From NCBI GenBank assembly GCA_033442325.1, contig JAWQFM010000015.1:435735-499734 (forward strand): a stretch of DNA of 64,000 nt, in the 5' to 3' direction. The position numbers and the translations under genes were made by a program. The notes under the pieces are model-generated. The model ran no database searches and was not told where the DNA came from. It saw only the letters and a program-made list of their open reading frames with translations. This document shows, one piece after another, positions 28,682 to 62,134 of this stretch. Origin of the DNA: Salpingoeca rosetta (lineage: Eukaryota > Protista > Choanoflagellata). Numbering within the stretch: the first letter of the stretch is position 1; each line of letters starts with the position of its first letter.

Positions 28682-29677
28682 ATGCAAGGGGAGCAACAAG
28701 ACTGTGCCAGCAAGGAGAAGGAGAAGAGCGGCACGTTTGTTGCCTATGGCGAGTGGGGGAAAACCAGATGCACGTACCACCGGGCCATTTCAAAAACACA
28801 CACGCTCACCTTCGACAAGGCCAACGAGACAGACACGGCCCTTGCTGCCTTCGACTACTGTGTGCGGCGGCCACCTGTCTTGGCACGCATTGTGCAGAGC
28901 GACCCCGGCAACGTCACCTGCACCCTGCAGACGTCCCCAGCCTTGCTGACGGTGACAGGTGTCACACGGGAGCAGGCGGCTGCGTTGGCAGAAGAGTACA
29001 CCAGCGAGCTCATGGAGGCGTACTGCGATGCCGTGGCTTTAGGTCGAGGCTCCCTCGACTTCAACTTCTACATGCACCGCTTCTTTGATGACGAGGAAGA
29101 GCACGTTGGCGAGCTCGATGCACACGAGCACTCGGCTTCTTCACGCACCAGCGACAAGGACATCAACTCCAGCACATGCAGTGAGCACAGCACCGCAAGC
29201 GACAGCGACAATGGCAGCAGCAGAGGCAGCGAAGGCTGCAGTGGCAACGAAGGCTGCAGTGGCGGCGAGGTGAGCGACGCAGACAGCGGTGTTCACGGCT
29301 CAGCCTACGCACCCAGCAAGAGCAGCGCCAAGCATGCTGAGCACGCCGAGCACGTTGAGCAAGCGACACAAGCAGCTGCTCGAGCAGTCGAGACGCAGGT
29401 CATCCCTGTCGACATTGCGGGGATGCAGGGTGAGCTTAAGCTGAAGGACGACGACGAGAACTTTGCACTCGTCGCTGCTGCCATCCACCGCGGCCTGGAA
29501 CGACTGCAGTTCACGAAGGACACGGCGTTTGCGGCTGTGGGCCCGAAGATGCCGCTCAAGCCGTCCGCAGACGCCCCAGCTTTGCTTCAGCAGGCCATGT
29601 GCGCACAGCTGTTGCGCTTGAGACAAGAGGTGGGGGAAGGCAGCGAGGATGGCAGAAACGAGGACGGCAACAAACAC

Positions 29678-29709
<32 letters not shown>

Positions 29710-30811
29710 GCAGCAGCAACAGCAACAGCAGCAACAGCAGCAACAGCACCACCAGCAGCAACAGCACCACCAGCAGCAACAGCACCAGCAGCAGCACCAG
29801 CAGCAGCAGCAACAGCAGCAACAGCAGCAACAGCAGCAACAGCAGCAACAGCAGCAACAGCAGCAACAGAAACAACAGCAGCAACAGCAGCAACAGCAGC
29901 AACAGAAACAACAGCAGTTTGGCCTGAAGAAGGAAGACGACAAGGTAGACGAGGAAGACGCGGCAGGGTGCCACAAGAGCGCGGCGCGTGTGTTCATCAT
30001 TGCGTCCACCGACCCAGCTGCACTAGAGGCTGCGCGTGAGGCTCTCAACCACGCCCTTGCAAACTTCCGCCTTGATGTGCCAGGTTATGCCGACCTTGCC
30101 GGTTCTTGGGACCAGATGCTACACAACTTCACGCATCACGCCGATACGCGGCAGAGTATTCTGGATACTCGGGGCATCAAGTTTTACCGCACATGTGCTG
30201 TTCCACCTGAGCTGCGACCTGCGCTTGATAACATTGAGATGGTGTGGCTGCAATCATATCAGCCGCCCACCTTGAAGCAATGGAAGTCCATGGTCAGCCT
30301 CCCAAACATCAAGATACTTGACCTCAACTCGCCGCAAAACACAGCAGAGCTGTTTGAGAAGGTGAAGGCGACGGGCGACGGGGAGCTGGTGCGCCGCTTC
30401 AAGGAGGTGACGGTCCTGTACGACCACACGGGCCTGAGCCCCGAGGAGGCACAGCGGCACCGATACCGGCAGCGACTCGCGTCTGCGTTTGACTTTTTCA
30501 CCATGGTGTGTATGTGCGTTCTTGTATGTTCCTGCACAAGCGACTATGCTTGCGCTTCGCACCGCGTGTGTAGCCATTGCGATCTAGCTTCGCACAAGAC
30601 GCATACTTCATCCTCACGCCCGTGTTCTCTGATGCTTTCTGCTGGCTGGTGTTTGTTTGCTGTTCCTGGTGTTGCCGTGCAGTTCGGGCATAGCCGGGAC
30701 TGCGAAGCGTGCAAGCAGTGTGAGATGAGCTGGTGGTGCCTGTATGACAATCCCGGCAGCTGCGAAGGCGTCGACATCTATGACCCCGACTACTCGGACG
30801 GGCTTGACTGA
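28682..30811 (+). CDS. Uncharacterised protein with long poly-Q/H tract; probable in-frame intron at 30506-30682
   Basis: 709-codon ORF with coding-like composition. CAG/CAA/CAC tract at ~29675-29917. GT..AG segment of 177 nt near the 3' end. No family recognised. Confidence 0.7.
29675..29917 (+). repeat. Coding CAG/CAA/CAC trinucleotide repeat (poly-Q with His)
   Basis: Directly visible. Confidence 0.95.
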
Positions 30812-31401
30812 GATCATGAGATGGTCTTATGGTCTAGGAGGATGGTGAACATGATGGCAACATGGCTAAGTGATGTGCTCATGCCTGTGTGGGACAAGCA
30901 AGGAGTGGGGCTGGCTGTCAAATGTATGATTGGTGGAGTTTGCAACACACGACGTATGTTTGTCCCTCCAAGGCTGCGTGGGTGAGTGTGTTTGGTGTCG
31001 TCTGCAGGTGGGCTGCTTTGAGAGTTCGAGTGCCTTGAGATGAATACAAAATACAACTAGAGAAGAGAACAAGTCACCTATTCGGTGTGTGCAACGCTGC
31101 GAAGTTCCATTGCTTGTACTCCGTCATCTTTCTCCACGCCATCAACCGCCTTCGACATCAAAGACCTGAAGGCACATGTCCTCATGTCGGCTGAACCACG
31201 CTCGCTCAGCTTACGTACCTTGGTTCATGTGTCTATGTGTGCTCGCTTGCCTGGTTCTCGGAGAGTGTTGGCCTGTCTTCGCAGCAGCCGAAAAGCTGAA
31301 AAGTGGGTTGCACATTGAATGAATGCCAGAGTATTTTGAAATGAGCAAAAAACCCACAACAACAACAACAACCCAAAAAACCAAAGAGGATGAGGAGGAC
31401 G

Positions 31402-38082
<6,681 letters not shown>

Positions 38083-38759
38083 TTGTTGTTTTACATCGAC
38101 ACGACACATGCGTTCATGTGCTGTGCCGTGCTGTGATTGATTTTGTGCAATGTGTGCCGTTCCTGGTCGCACTCAAGCACACACACACACACGGCTTTAA
38201 CTTCTCATCGTTTCCTCGGTGTTGTTCTTGAGTTTGTGCCCTTGCGTTGGGGGATATGAACAGACGTCCAAGTAAGGCAAGAATGAGAGAGAGACCAAGT
38301 GAAACGAAATGACACGAGCATGCTGCATGCAGACAAACATCAGTTCTGATAGGATCCCAAAAAGAAAGAAAGAGGAGGGAAGATGAGCGTTCAAATAATG
38401 AAATAGCAAATCAGGCTGTCAATACGAGGCGCGGTGGAAGGGACACCGCGTTGGAGTGTCGCTTCGTTCGCTCCTTATGGCTTTCCTGGTCCCCATTATC
38501 GCTGTCAATTGCATGGCCCATCCAACCTGAAGCACCACAACGCACACACTCTCCAGTTCGCATCGTTGCAGCATACAGCACTTTTGACAACCCCCCCCCT
38601 CTCTTGCGCATGCGCATCACATAGCCACACTATCCGACATCAACCCTACATCCACGATTCGTCATCCTTCCACATCAACAGCAATCAATCCAACGCTTAC
38701 AACACACACACACACACACGCAACACACGCAACACACGCGCCACACACCCCACATGGCG

Positions 38760-40578
38760 TTATGATTGCGATTGGGACTGGGCAGAGGCGGCGAGCATCT
38801 CCTCCTCGCAGTCGCTCAGTTGCTTCTGCAGCAGCGTCTTCACGCGAATCCCGCACGAGATGAGCGCATCCAGCGCACGCCGGCCCTTGGCCAGTGTGGC
38901 CGCACTCGGCGCGTCGCGCCCTTCGCACCACGACTCGTACACCCGCAGCGCATGCACCACAGCCGTGTGCACGTCACCGCGACCAGACACGCCAATGTCG
39001 TCCGTGTCCCGCGCGTGTGTCGCTTCCGTCATCGTGCCGCTCGCATACGTGCACAGGTCGCGAAGCGCAGAGTCGAGCACGGTGATGCTTGCACGCAGCA
39101 CGCTCCGGTCCACCTGCAGGTACGTCGTCGGCTCGTCCACCTGCGACAGGCCCAACCGTGATGTGCACTTGGCGGAGAGCGGCTTGTGCATGAGGTGTTC
39201 GTACAGGAGTTTGACGACCGTCAAGCCCGCCATGGATTGGAGCGCCTCCTGCACCACTGCCGGCTGAAGAATCGTCAGCACGCGCCTGTCCTTCCCTTCC
39301 GTCAGCGCAAGCGTGAGAGGGCGCACACCGCGGTTGTCGGCAGGGTTTGTGCGCGCCCCACTGGCCACCAGCAGCCGCACCACCACCGCCTTGCCGCGCT
39401 GGCACGCCAGATGCAGTGCCGTGCGCCCATCGAGCGGCGACGCCCAGTCGACGCTTGCACCAGCTTGCAGCAGCAGCGCAACCACGCGCGGGTGGGCCTT
39501 GGTCACCGCAATGTGCAGGGGGCGCGTCGCCCGTTCTGCAACGAGGCGCGGCTTGCCGGGCGAGATGAGCACATCCGCGCACGCGTTGGGGTCGGCACCA
39601 GAGGACAGCAGCAGCTGCACCATCTCCTCCTCGTTGCAGGCAACGGCCGTCATGAGCGGGGTGCGTCGCAGCGTGTCGTTTGTGGCGTCGGGCACGTGCC
39701 CAGCAGCCAGCATCAGCGTTGCACAGGGCACATGCCCCTTCTCGCAGCACCAGTGCAGCAGGTCAGCCGCCATCTCCCTGTTCTCGCGCAGACCGCACTT
39801 GACGGGGCCAACGCTGGAGTGGGACAGGGCGAGGTGCGCTGTGTCGCAGTCACCGCGCAGTGCCGCTTGGGTAAACGCCGCCTGCATTGCGCCGGGCACG
39901 CGCGCAACGAGATCAACCATGTGTGGGTCGCCCGTGATAATGCGGTTGAAATCACGCACGACACGTTTACTGCGCGCCGCTGCGGTGGCCAGGGCAGCGG
40001 CTGTGCCCTCGAGATGCGGGGGATCTGCACCCGCGCGAAGCAGCAGCACGAGCGCAAAAAAGTTGCCGTTCTGCTGGGCAAGCGTGGCTGGCGTGTCCAG
40101 GCTGGCGTGGCTGCAGGAGAGGAGGTGGTAGGCGCATGTGAGATAGCTGTTCTTGCGGACGGCGATGCGCAGCGAGTTGTAAGCTGCCGTCTCCTTTGCC
40201 CGCCACACCTGCTCCTGGCTCGCCACGTGCCTGCCGCGCTCCTCGCAGCCAAGCGCGCCCTTTTCCGCGCCGCAGCACGACCACCGCTGCAGGGTGGACT
40301 GGACATCCACCTGCGTGGCGTTGCACGACACGCGCACGCTGGTCTCGCCGGCAAGCTGGCCCGGGTGCACGAAGCACGAGCCGTCCATGTTGTCGCTCTC
40401 GAAGAAAGGATCCTTGCAGGCGGTGCAGTGGAGCCTGACGTGTCGCCAGCTGGTCGGCGCATCTGGTGACTCTGGCTGCAGGTGTCGCTTCACGGTCGAG
40501 GGCACGCTGATCTGGAACTCCACAAGCAAGTCGCCGTGTGTGTGCGTGAGCTTCTCAAAGTCACTCGCAGTCATGCGC

Positions 40579-40616
<38 letters not shown>

Positions 40617-42383
40617 CGTCTTGTCGTTACTTCTGGCGTTGTTACTGCTGCTGCTGCTGCTGCTGGTGGTGGTGGTGTTGTTGTTGTTGTTGTTGTTGTT
40701 GTGGTGGTGGGTCCCATCATGGTGTTGCGGCTGTTCTGCCTCCTTTGCTTCGTGTTGTGTCGACTGCGCTGCTGCTGTTGGTGTTGAAGTGCATGGCATG
40801 CCAAGACCAGGGATGGTGACAACCTGTCCTGGCATGACGCTGTCCATGGGGAGGTGGTGCGTGCCACCGGTGATGGTGGGGATGTCTGTGGTGTGCCCAA
40901 ACAGCGCGCCAAGCAGCGGCACGCGCACCAGCACGTGAAGGTCGGCCCCTTGTCGACGGAACACGCTGTGCGGCTGCTCCTGCAGTGTGATGATGACGGG
41001 AAAGGGGTCTTCGCCGTACAAGTGGTTGCCGGCGCCGGCGAACGTGATCTGCGTGCCGTCCTCGTACCCGGCCTGCGCTTCCACCGTTAGCACAATCTGC
41101 TCCGTGTCAAACGTGCCGGGTGACACCTCCACATACCGCGTGGTCTTGAGCCGCTTCACAAACCCGTTGTACAGCTCCTCAAGCGTGACGGGCAGCGTCT
41201 TGTAGCTTGGCCCCGGCGTCACATGCGCGTGCTCTGCTGCACTAGCTGTGTCATGCGCTGTTGGTGTGCTGGAGGCGTGGTGGTGGAGGTGTTGGTCTTC
41301 GGGCCGACTGTCGTGTGTCGGTGGTGCTGCGTGTGGTGTGGCTGAGACGGGAGTGTAGGGGCATGTGGGCGGAGAGAGCGTGGACGACGATGTGGATGGT
41401 GTTGATGCTGACGACGATGAGCTGAACCGCCCAGAGCACGCGCCCGGTGGGGTTGATGGTGGTGGCTGCGCAGGATGTGTTGTGCTGTTGACGCCACCAT
41501 CCCTGCGCGGTGAAGGCTGCTCCGACTTGGGGTGGGGACGAGGCGGTGAGTGTGCATGGCTGGCGGTTGTGGCAGTGGGCCGGTTGTGGCGAAAGCTCTG
41601 GCTGTGTTGTCTCTGTGATGGAGTTGCAGCTGTTGTTGACGGTTGTGGTTGCGGGTGCTGTGTGTGTGTTTGTGGTTGAGGTTGCTGGTGTGTGTGTTTT
41701 TGCTGTGTGCGTGTTTGTGGTTGCGGCTGTGACGCTGATGTGAAAGCGTGTGCGCTGTAGTGCAGGTTGGTGTCGTCGATGAAGCTGTGTCGCACATGTT
41801 CGCGAGAGGGCGGCATCCAATTGCCACCACCTTGCTGTTGCTGTTGCTGTTGTTGTTGTTGGTGTTGGTGTTGGTATGCTTGCTGCTGTTGCCGCCAGCG
41901 ACGCGGGTCACGCATGGAGGTGGCACGTCGCCCAGAAAAGCTGTGGCGCTGCTGCTGGGGATGGTGTTGATGGGTGGCGGCAGCAGCAGCAGTTGCTGTG
42001 AACAAGTGCGTCTCTGGCTCGTGTGGCTGTGTGGGGGATGGCGCGTGTGCATGAGCGTGGGGCCGCGGGCGGGTGTATGACGCCTGCAGTTTGAGCGTGA
42101 GCAAGGCGTCCTGGAGGTTGAAGTCTGCGCGGTCGAAGAGCGGGTTGCTGATGATGTCTTCGACGGAGGCGTAGAGACCGTTGTCGTACACCTGTTTCCT
42201 GACGGGGTGCGAGAGCACTTGGAAGGCCTGCTTTGCCTCATGGAACTTGTCTGCGGCCTCCTTTGTGTTGTTTTTGTCTGGGTGCCATTTGAGGGCCTGA
42301 GCGCGGTAAGCGCGACGCAGCGCGTCCTCCGACGCTGCCGCCTCTGCCGCGCTGATCCCCAGCACAGCATACAGGTCTTTCAT
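38760..42383 (-). CDS. Single-coding-exon 1207-aa protein: J domain + low-complexity linker + DnaJ C-terminal domain + CHORD/Btk-like Zn module + ankyrin repeats
   Basis: J domain: [38 protein letters not shown]. DnaJ_C: [38 protein letters not shown]. Ankyrins: [31 protein letters not shown]. The upstream part of the track ORF (42827-42384) looks like a 5'-UTR intron (AG 4 nt before ATG; candidate donor ~42839). Confidence 0.85.
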
Positions 42384-42556
42384 CGTTCTGCGTTTGTGTG
42401 TGTATGCAAGAGAGAGGGTGTTTGTGTGTTTGTGTGTGTTTGTGTACGTGTGTGTGTGTGTGTGTGTGCGTGCGTGAAATCGAGTGTGTATGTATGTGTG
42501 AGGCAGGGCGTGTGTGTGTGTGTGCGTGAAATCGAGTGTGTATGTGTGTGTGGGAC

Positions 42557-42595
<39 letters not shown>

Positions 42596-43926
42596 TGTGA
42601 TACGTATTGAGCGATGGACGGGGTGGTTGGTTGGATATGGATTGGGTTTGTTGGCGATGGCTGATGTGGGTGCGTGTGTGCGTGTGTGCAGGTGTGCGTG
42701 TCACCGACAAAAGCGCAAAAGCCACCAACCAACCAACCAAACAAGAAGCAAGCAAGCAAGCCACCAGCCAAAGAAGCACACAGCCAAAGCAAGCCAGCCA
42801 GCCAGTGCTGGTGGTGATGCACCCCACGACGACCGTTACCGGGGAACAAGGTGCGTTGACAGGCCACGCACGCCCAACACTTTCAACACCCGCACCTTCT
42901 TTGCTTCTTCGCTGTTGTTGGCTTGGCGATGAACGTGGATGTTGGTGAATGCCTCAGCGTGGTGGGTATGTCCAGAGCAAAGCGGTGATGATGGGGCACA
43001 TGCACGAACACCTCACCCAAGCACAACCAACACTCTCTGCAGCGGAGCGAGGGCTGGCTGGGTTGGTGGTGGTGGCGGTGGCGGTGGGAGTGTTTTGCGT
43101 GGTGATGAGTGACCGTTGTGCCTGCTTCGGCTTCTTTGTGGCACGAACACTCTGTTGCTTGACGAACAACAACAACGTTGGCAGCCTTCGAGTTTCAAGG
43201 CGGCGCCATTCAGTGGCGTACGGTGCAGGAATGTGACTTCAGACTGAAATCAGTCTTCAAGGTCATCGCATATAGCTACACCTTGTGGTGTTGGATACAG
43301 TACAGTAATCGACACCACAAAACGGGGTGTGCCACACCTGCCTGGAAAGAATTTTCCCTCAGTCTATTTTGCGTGCATGCACGACGCCCTGGTGATCAGC
43401 GCCTGGGTTTTTTTTCTCTCTGCGGTGGCTCGCGTGGTTGCTTCGCTTCTCTGCCTTTTTTGTATTGTGTTGTTGCGCATTTCCCTTCCCCTCCTTGTTC
43501 CGCGTCTCAGGTTGGTTGATGTTTGCTTTGCTTATGGCATCAACGTGGTGCACGCTTGTGCGGGTTGATGGCGCTGCATGTGGGTGGGGGTGTTGGTCTG
43601 TGTGGGTGGGGGTGGGTGTGTGCGTGCGTGCGTGAAGGGCGGGGAAGAAGAGACAGGCGCGCGCTCCCTCGCTGCGTTGCGAAAGAGGGAAGATGGGCGT
43701 GCATGCTGCGTGCGTGGTTGGCAATGAACACGAGAAGACCCCGTCGCGCATTCTCATCTCACTTTCTCTTGCTTGTTGTTGCTTGTTGCTGCTCCCATTC
43801 GCTGTTGTTCCTTTTTCGCTGTTCTCGTTGTTGTTCTCTTGCGTGACATCCTCCTCTCTCTGTCTGTGATTTAGTCTCCCAAGGACCACACAGCAAACAA
43901 ACCAACAACCAACCAATCAACCAGCC

Positions 43927-44990
43927 ATGGCCATGTCAACAAGCCAAAGCCAAGACCCCTCCCGGGTCCAGGATGCTGCCAGGACGCCCAAGCAGTGGGG
44001 TAGGTGCATGTGTGTGTGCATATGCGTTTGTTTGTAGGGTTTGCTTGTATGTGTGTGTGTGTTCGTATATGTGTGTATGTGTACGTACGTATATGTGTGC
44101 ATGTGTATGTGTGCGATGGCGTGTTTCTTAGTCGAGCTTGCCTTCAATTCATTTGTTGGTTCCTCATGTCTTACGCTTCACACAAACACACAAACAAACA
44201 CACAAACACACAAACGAACGAACCTCCACGTGCTGCAGGACAACTTCTGTTCTTCTATTTCTGCTTCTACGGCTGGTTGATCGCCTTCTTCGCCATCTGC
44301 TACTCTGTCATGTTCAGCACCCTCCCCGATCGCCGCTCCCCGCCCAAGCTCGACAACCTCATCAACCCTGGTGTGTATCTGTGTGTGTGTGTGTGTGTGT
44401 GTGTGGCATAGGTTGAGTGTTGGCAGTCATCACACACGTTGACGACTTAACACAGCACGACACACAACACACAGCACGACACACAACACACGACAAACAC
44501 ACACCACCCCCTCTCTNNNNNNNNNNNNNNNNNNNNNNNNNNNNNNNNNNNNNNNNNNNNNNNNNNNNNNNNNNNNNNNNNNNNNNNNNNNNNNNNNNNN
44601 NNNNNNNNNNNNNNNNNNNNNNNNNNNNNNNNNNNNNNNNNNNNNNNNNNNNNNNNNNNNNNNNNNNNNNNNNNNNNNNNNNNNNNNNNNNNNNNNNNNN
44701 NNNNNNNNNNNNNNNNNNNNNNNNNNNNNNNNNNNNNNNNNNNNNNNNNNNNNNNNNNNNNNNNNNNNNNNNNNNNNNNNNNNNNNNNNNNNNNNNNNNN
44801 NNNNNNNNNNNNNNNNNNNNNNNNNNNNNNNNNNNNNNNNNNNNNNNNNNNNNNNNNNNNNNNNNNNNNNNNNNNNNNNNNNNNNNNNNNNNNNNNNNNN
44901 NNNNNNNNNNNNNNNNNNNNNNNNNNNNNNNNNNNNNNNNNNNNNNNNNNNNNNNNNNNNNNNNNNNNNNNNNNNNNNNNNNNNNNNNNN

Positions 44991-45086
<96 letters not shown>

Positions 45087-45284
45087 ACACACGAATTCAC
45101 CATGTCCCGTCCTTCCCCCCTCCCTCAAATGTTCAACCACAGTTCATGGCAACCTACGGCATCTCCTTCACCGACTTCAAGAACCAGCACATGCGCTTCC
45201 TCCCCGCTACCATCACCCCACCCGTCCCTTTCACCAACAACCCTGGCGTGTACAAGGACTCTGTCGCTGCCGTGCAGGTGCGCT

Positions 45285-45362
<78 letters not shown>

Positions 45363-45711
45363 TTGCATGCATGTTTCCATGTTTACGTTGTGGTTTTTTT
45401 GTTTTTTGGACCAAATTGTGAGTGGCTCTGCGCTCTCTGTGTAGTTGTAGGCACATCTTGTGTCCCCCCCCTCCCCAAAACACCACAACACTCACTCACT
45501 CACACCATCACCCAAAACACACACGCACACGCACACACACACACACATGACCGCCGAAAAACAGTTCAACTTCACCTCGTTCCAGCAAGACATCATTGAC
45601 GGTACCCTCGAGTTTGACTTCCGGATTGGCATTCAGTTTGACTATGGCCAGAACAAGCTGCAATCGGTTGGCCGCGGCTACCAGATCCTCGACGTAAACG
45701 TCAGGCAGTAA
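43927..45711 (+). CDS. Na+/K+-ATPase beta-subunit-like type II membrane protein (middle exon(s) in N-gap)
   Basis: Exons 43927-43999, 44239-44370, [gap], 45143-45277, 45565-45711. RTPKQWGQLLFFYFCFYGWLIAFFAICYSVMFSTL..PKLDNLINPG parallels the beta-subunit RTxxSWxxILLFYVIFYGCL..PTYQDRVAPPG. PFTNNPGVYKDSVAAVQFNFT parallels YYPYY..YLQPLLAVQFTNLT. Confidence 0.75.
44517..44990. other. Assembly gap (N run) inside the beta-subunit-like gene
   Basis: N run followed by (CA)n. Confidence 1.
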
Positions 45712-46516
45712 CACGTCTCACACCGCCACCACACGCAGATCCGTGAACACACGCATGAGGGAGCAACCGAGCCTCGTCCCCGTGTTTCACGCGCAATCAA
45801 CTAGTCGAAAACAGCCACCCCGCTTTGCTCGTCTTGTCCCTTTCTTCCCTTGAACGCAAAACCATCTTGCATGCTTTCTTCCATTCCTCCCTTTGCTGAC
45901 CTAACACTCGGCACCTTTTGGTGTGTTGCAACCCAGTCCACCCAATCCACCCAGCCAACTCTTCTTCTTCATCTTCTTCCTTGCCACACGTGCACGTCTG
46001 TTGTCTGTGCGTTTTTGTGTCGGATGTTATCACCACAACGCGCATGTTGTGTCTGCTTGTGCATGTCCTTTACTACTACTCGAGCGAGAAATACAACCAA
46101 TCTGCAAAAGCAACAGCGCCCAGCCACGAACGAGCATGCATGCATTAACTAACAATCAAACGCCGCCATGACAAGGCAACCAACAATACTCAAAAAGGAA
46201 CTTGTGCATGGGTGTGATATGTGATCGACAATAAAGAAAGGAAGGAAAGGCGCGCAAGAGAAGCTCTCTTTGTCGCAAGGTCAAAAAGACATGGAACGAA
46301 ATGAAAGAACAACATAAAGGGAAGAATGGGAAGCGGTTGTGTCAAACAAGCAATCAGACCATATAATGTAACACAACGGCACCACAATGGCGCACTAGCC
46401 AGTACAACACGAGCACACGCACTAGCACACACACTGGCACACACACACACACACATACACATACACACACACTCGCACGCACACACACACTCACAAACAC
46501 ACTCACACGCGGGCTA

Positions 46517-60754
<14,238 letters not shown>

Positions 60755-61025
60755 GGCCGTTGCTCTCTGCTATTCCGCGCCAGCCACACGCACACACGCA
60801 CACACACCAGAGATTGATTGGTGTTGATGATGTTGTGGAGGGGTGAGGGGAAGGCGTGTTGTGTGTTGTGGCTGTTGTGTGAAGTTGGGAAGAATGGTGG
60901 CATTATTCGCGAAATTTCGATGCCGTGACGACCAGCAACAAGACAACAAACAACCGCTTGCTTGCTTGGTGAGCGCAACCGCCTCATCACACACACACAC
61001 ACTCACACACACACACACACACACA

Positions 61026-61088
<63 letters not shown>

Positions 61089-61151
61089 GCTCTCTCTGTG
61101 TGTCTTCAATACAAAGGATACGTACACTCGTACACTGAACACGGGAGCGAG

Positions 61152-61498
61152 ATGACATCGACGACGTCGGTGGAAGACCTGCGGGCGCTGAAGGAGCTGT
61201 TTGAGTTCTTTGATGCAGACAAGAACGGGTCCATTGAAGCCTCGGAGCTAGCGGATGTGATTCGAAGCATTGGCCAATCACCGACAGAGGACACAGTCCG
61301 GCAGCTCATTCGCGAAGTGGACCGAGACGGGGACGGCAAGATCCAGTTCAACGAGTTTCTCGAGATTATGACCCGCAAGATTGACCTGCGCGCGGAGCAG
61401 CATGACACCGTCGACGACGTTTGTGCGTTGAGGGAGGGAATGCAAGGAGGAGGCAGGACTTGGAGGAGGAAGTGGAAGAACAGAAGAAGCGGGTTGCA

Positions 61499-61573
<75 letters not shown>

Positions 61574-62064
61574 TTGCTGACGCACATGGCTCATATGATG
61601 TTGCACTCGTCATGACTGCAGTGAATAGCTTCCGCATCTTTGACAAGGATCTCACCGGCTTTGTCAAGACCTCTGACCTGGAGAAGGTTTGTGTGTGTGT
61701 GTCAGGATGCATCGGCTTACCTGGCATCGGGTCGCTTGCGGCTTGCTTCTCGCTCATGATAACTGATGTTCACACAAGCACATACACACGCGCACACGCA
61801 CAAAACACAAACACACACACACGCAAAACACACACACGCCCTCTGCTGCTGCTCATCACACGTGCACGTTTTGCACAATCACAGGTGCTCACGCAGCGAG
61901 GAGAGAAGCTGTCGAAGAAGGAAGTGAAGAACATGCTTGCGCTGTGCGATGTGACGGTCGACGGATACGTCCACTACGAGACGCTCGTCCGCACCGTCCA
62001 AAATGCGTCTGGTGGCGTGAACCTCATGGACCTCGTCAAGCTGAAGAAGGACAGCAGCAAATGA
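61152..62064 (+). CDS. Calmodulin-like four-EF-hand protein
   Basis: Exons 61152-61422, 61622-61686, 61885-62064. EF loops DADKNGSIEASE, DRDGDGKIQFNE, DKDLTGFVKTSD, DVTVDGYVHYET. CaM-like linkers RSIGQSPTE and GEKLSKKEV. Confidence 0.9.
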
Positions 62065-62091
62065 TGCAGATGTTTGGCTGTGTCTACGTGA

Positions 62092-62134
<43 letters not shown>

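Noticed and set aside
29300-30048. Poly-Cys and poly-Leu antisense ORFs
   Set aside because: Reverse-frame shadows of the CAG/CAA poly-Q tract.
28383-31185. DNA transposon defined by terminal inverted repeats
   Set aside because: Only a 12/13-nt match, no target-site duplication and no transposase motif; kept only as a weak hint.
42384-42827. Hydrophobic N-terminal extension (signal-like) of the 1355-aa ORF
   Set aside because: Non-ATG start, contains (CA)n, and ends in an AG acceptor 4 nt before the J-domain ATG; best read as a 5'-UTR intron.
61152-62064. Calling this gene canonical calmodulin
   Set aside because: Too divergent, with degenerate C-lobe loops and a C-terminal extension.
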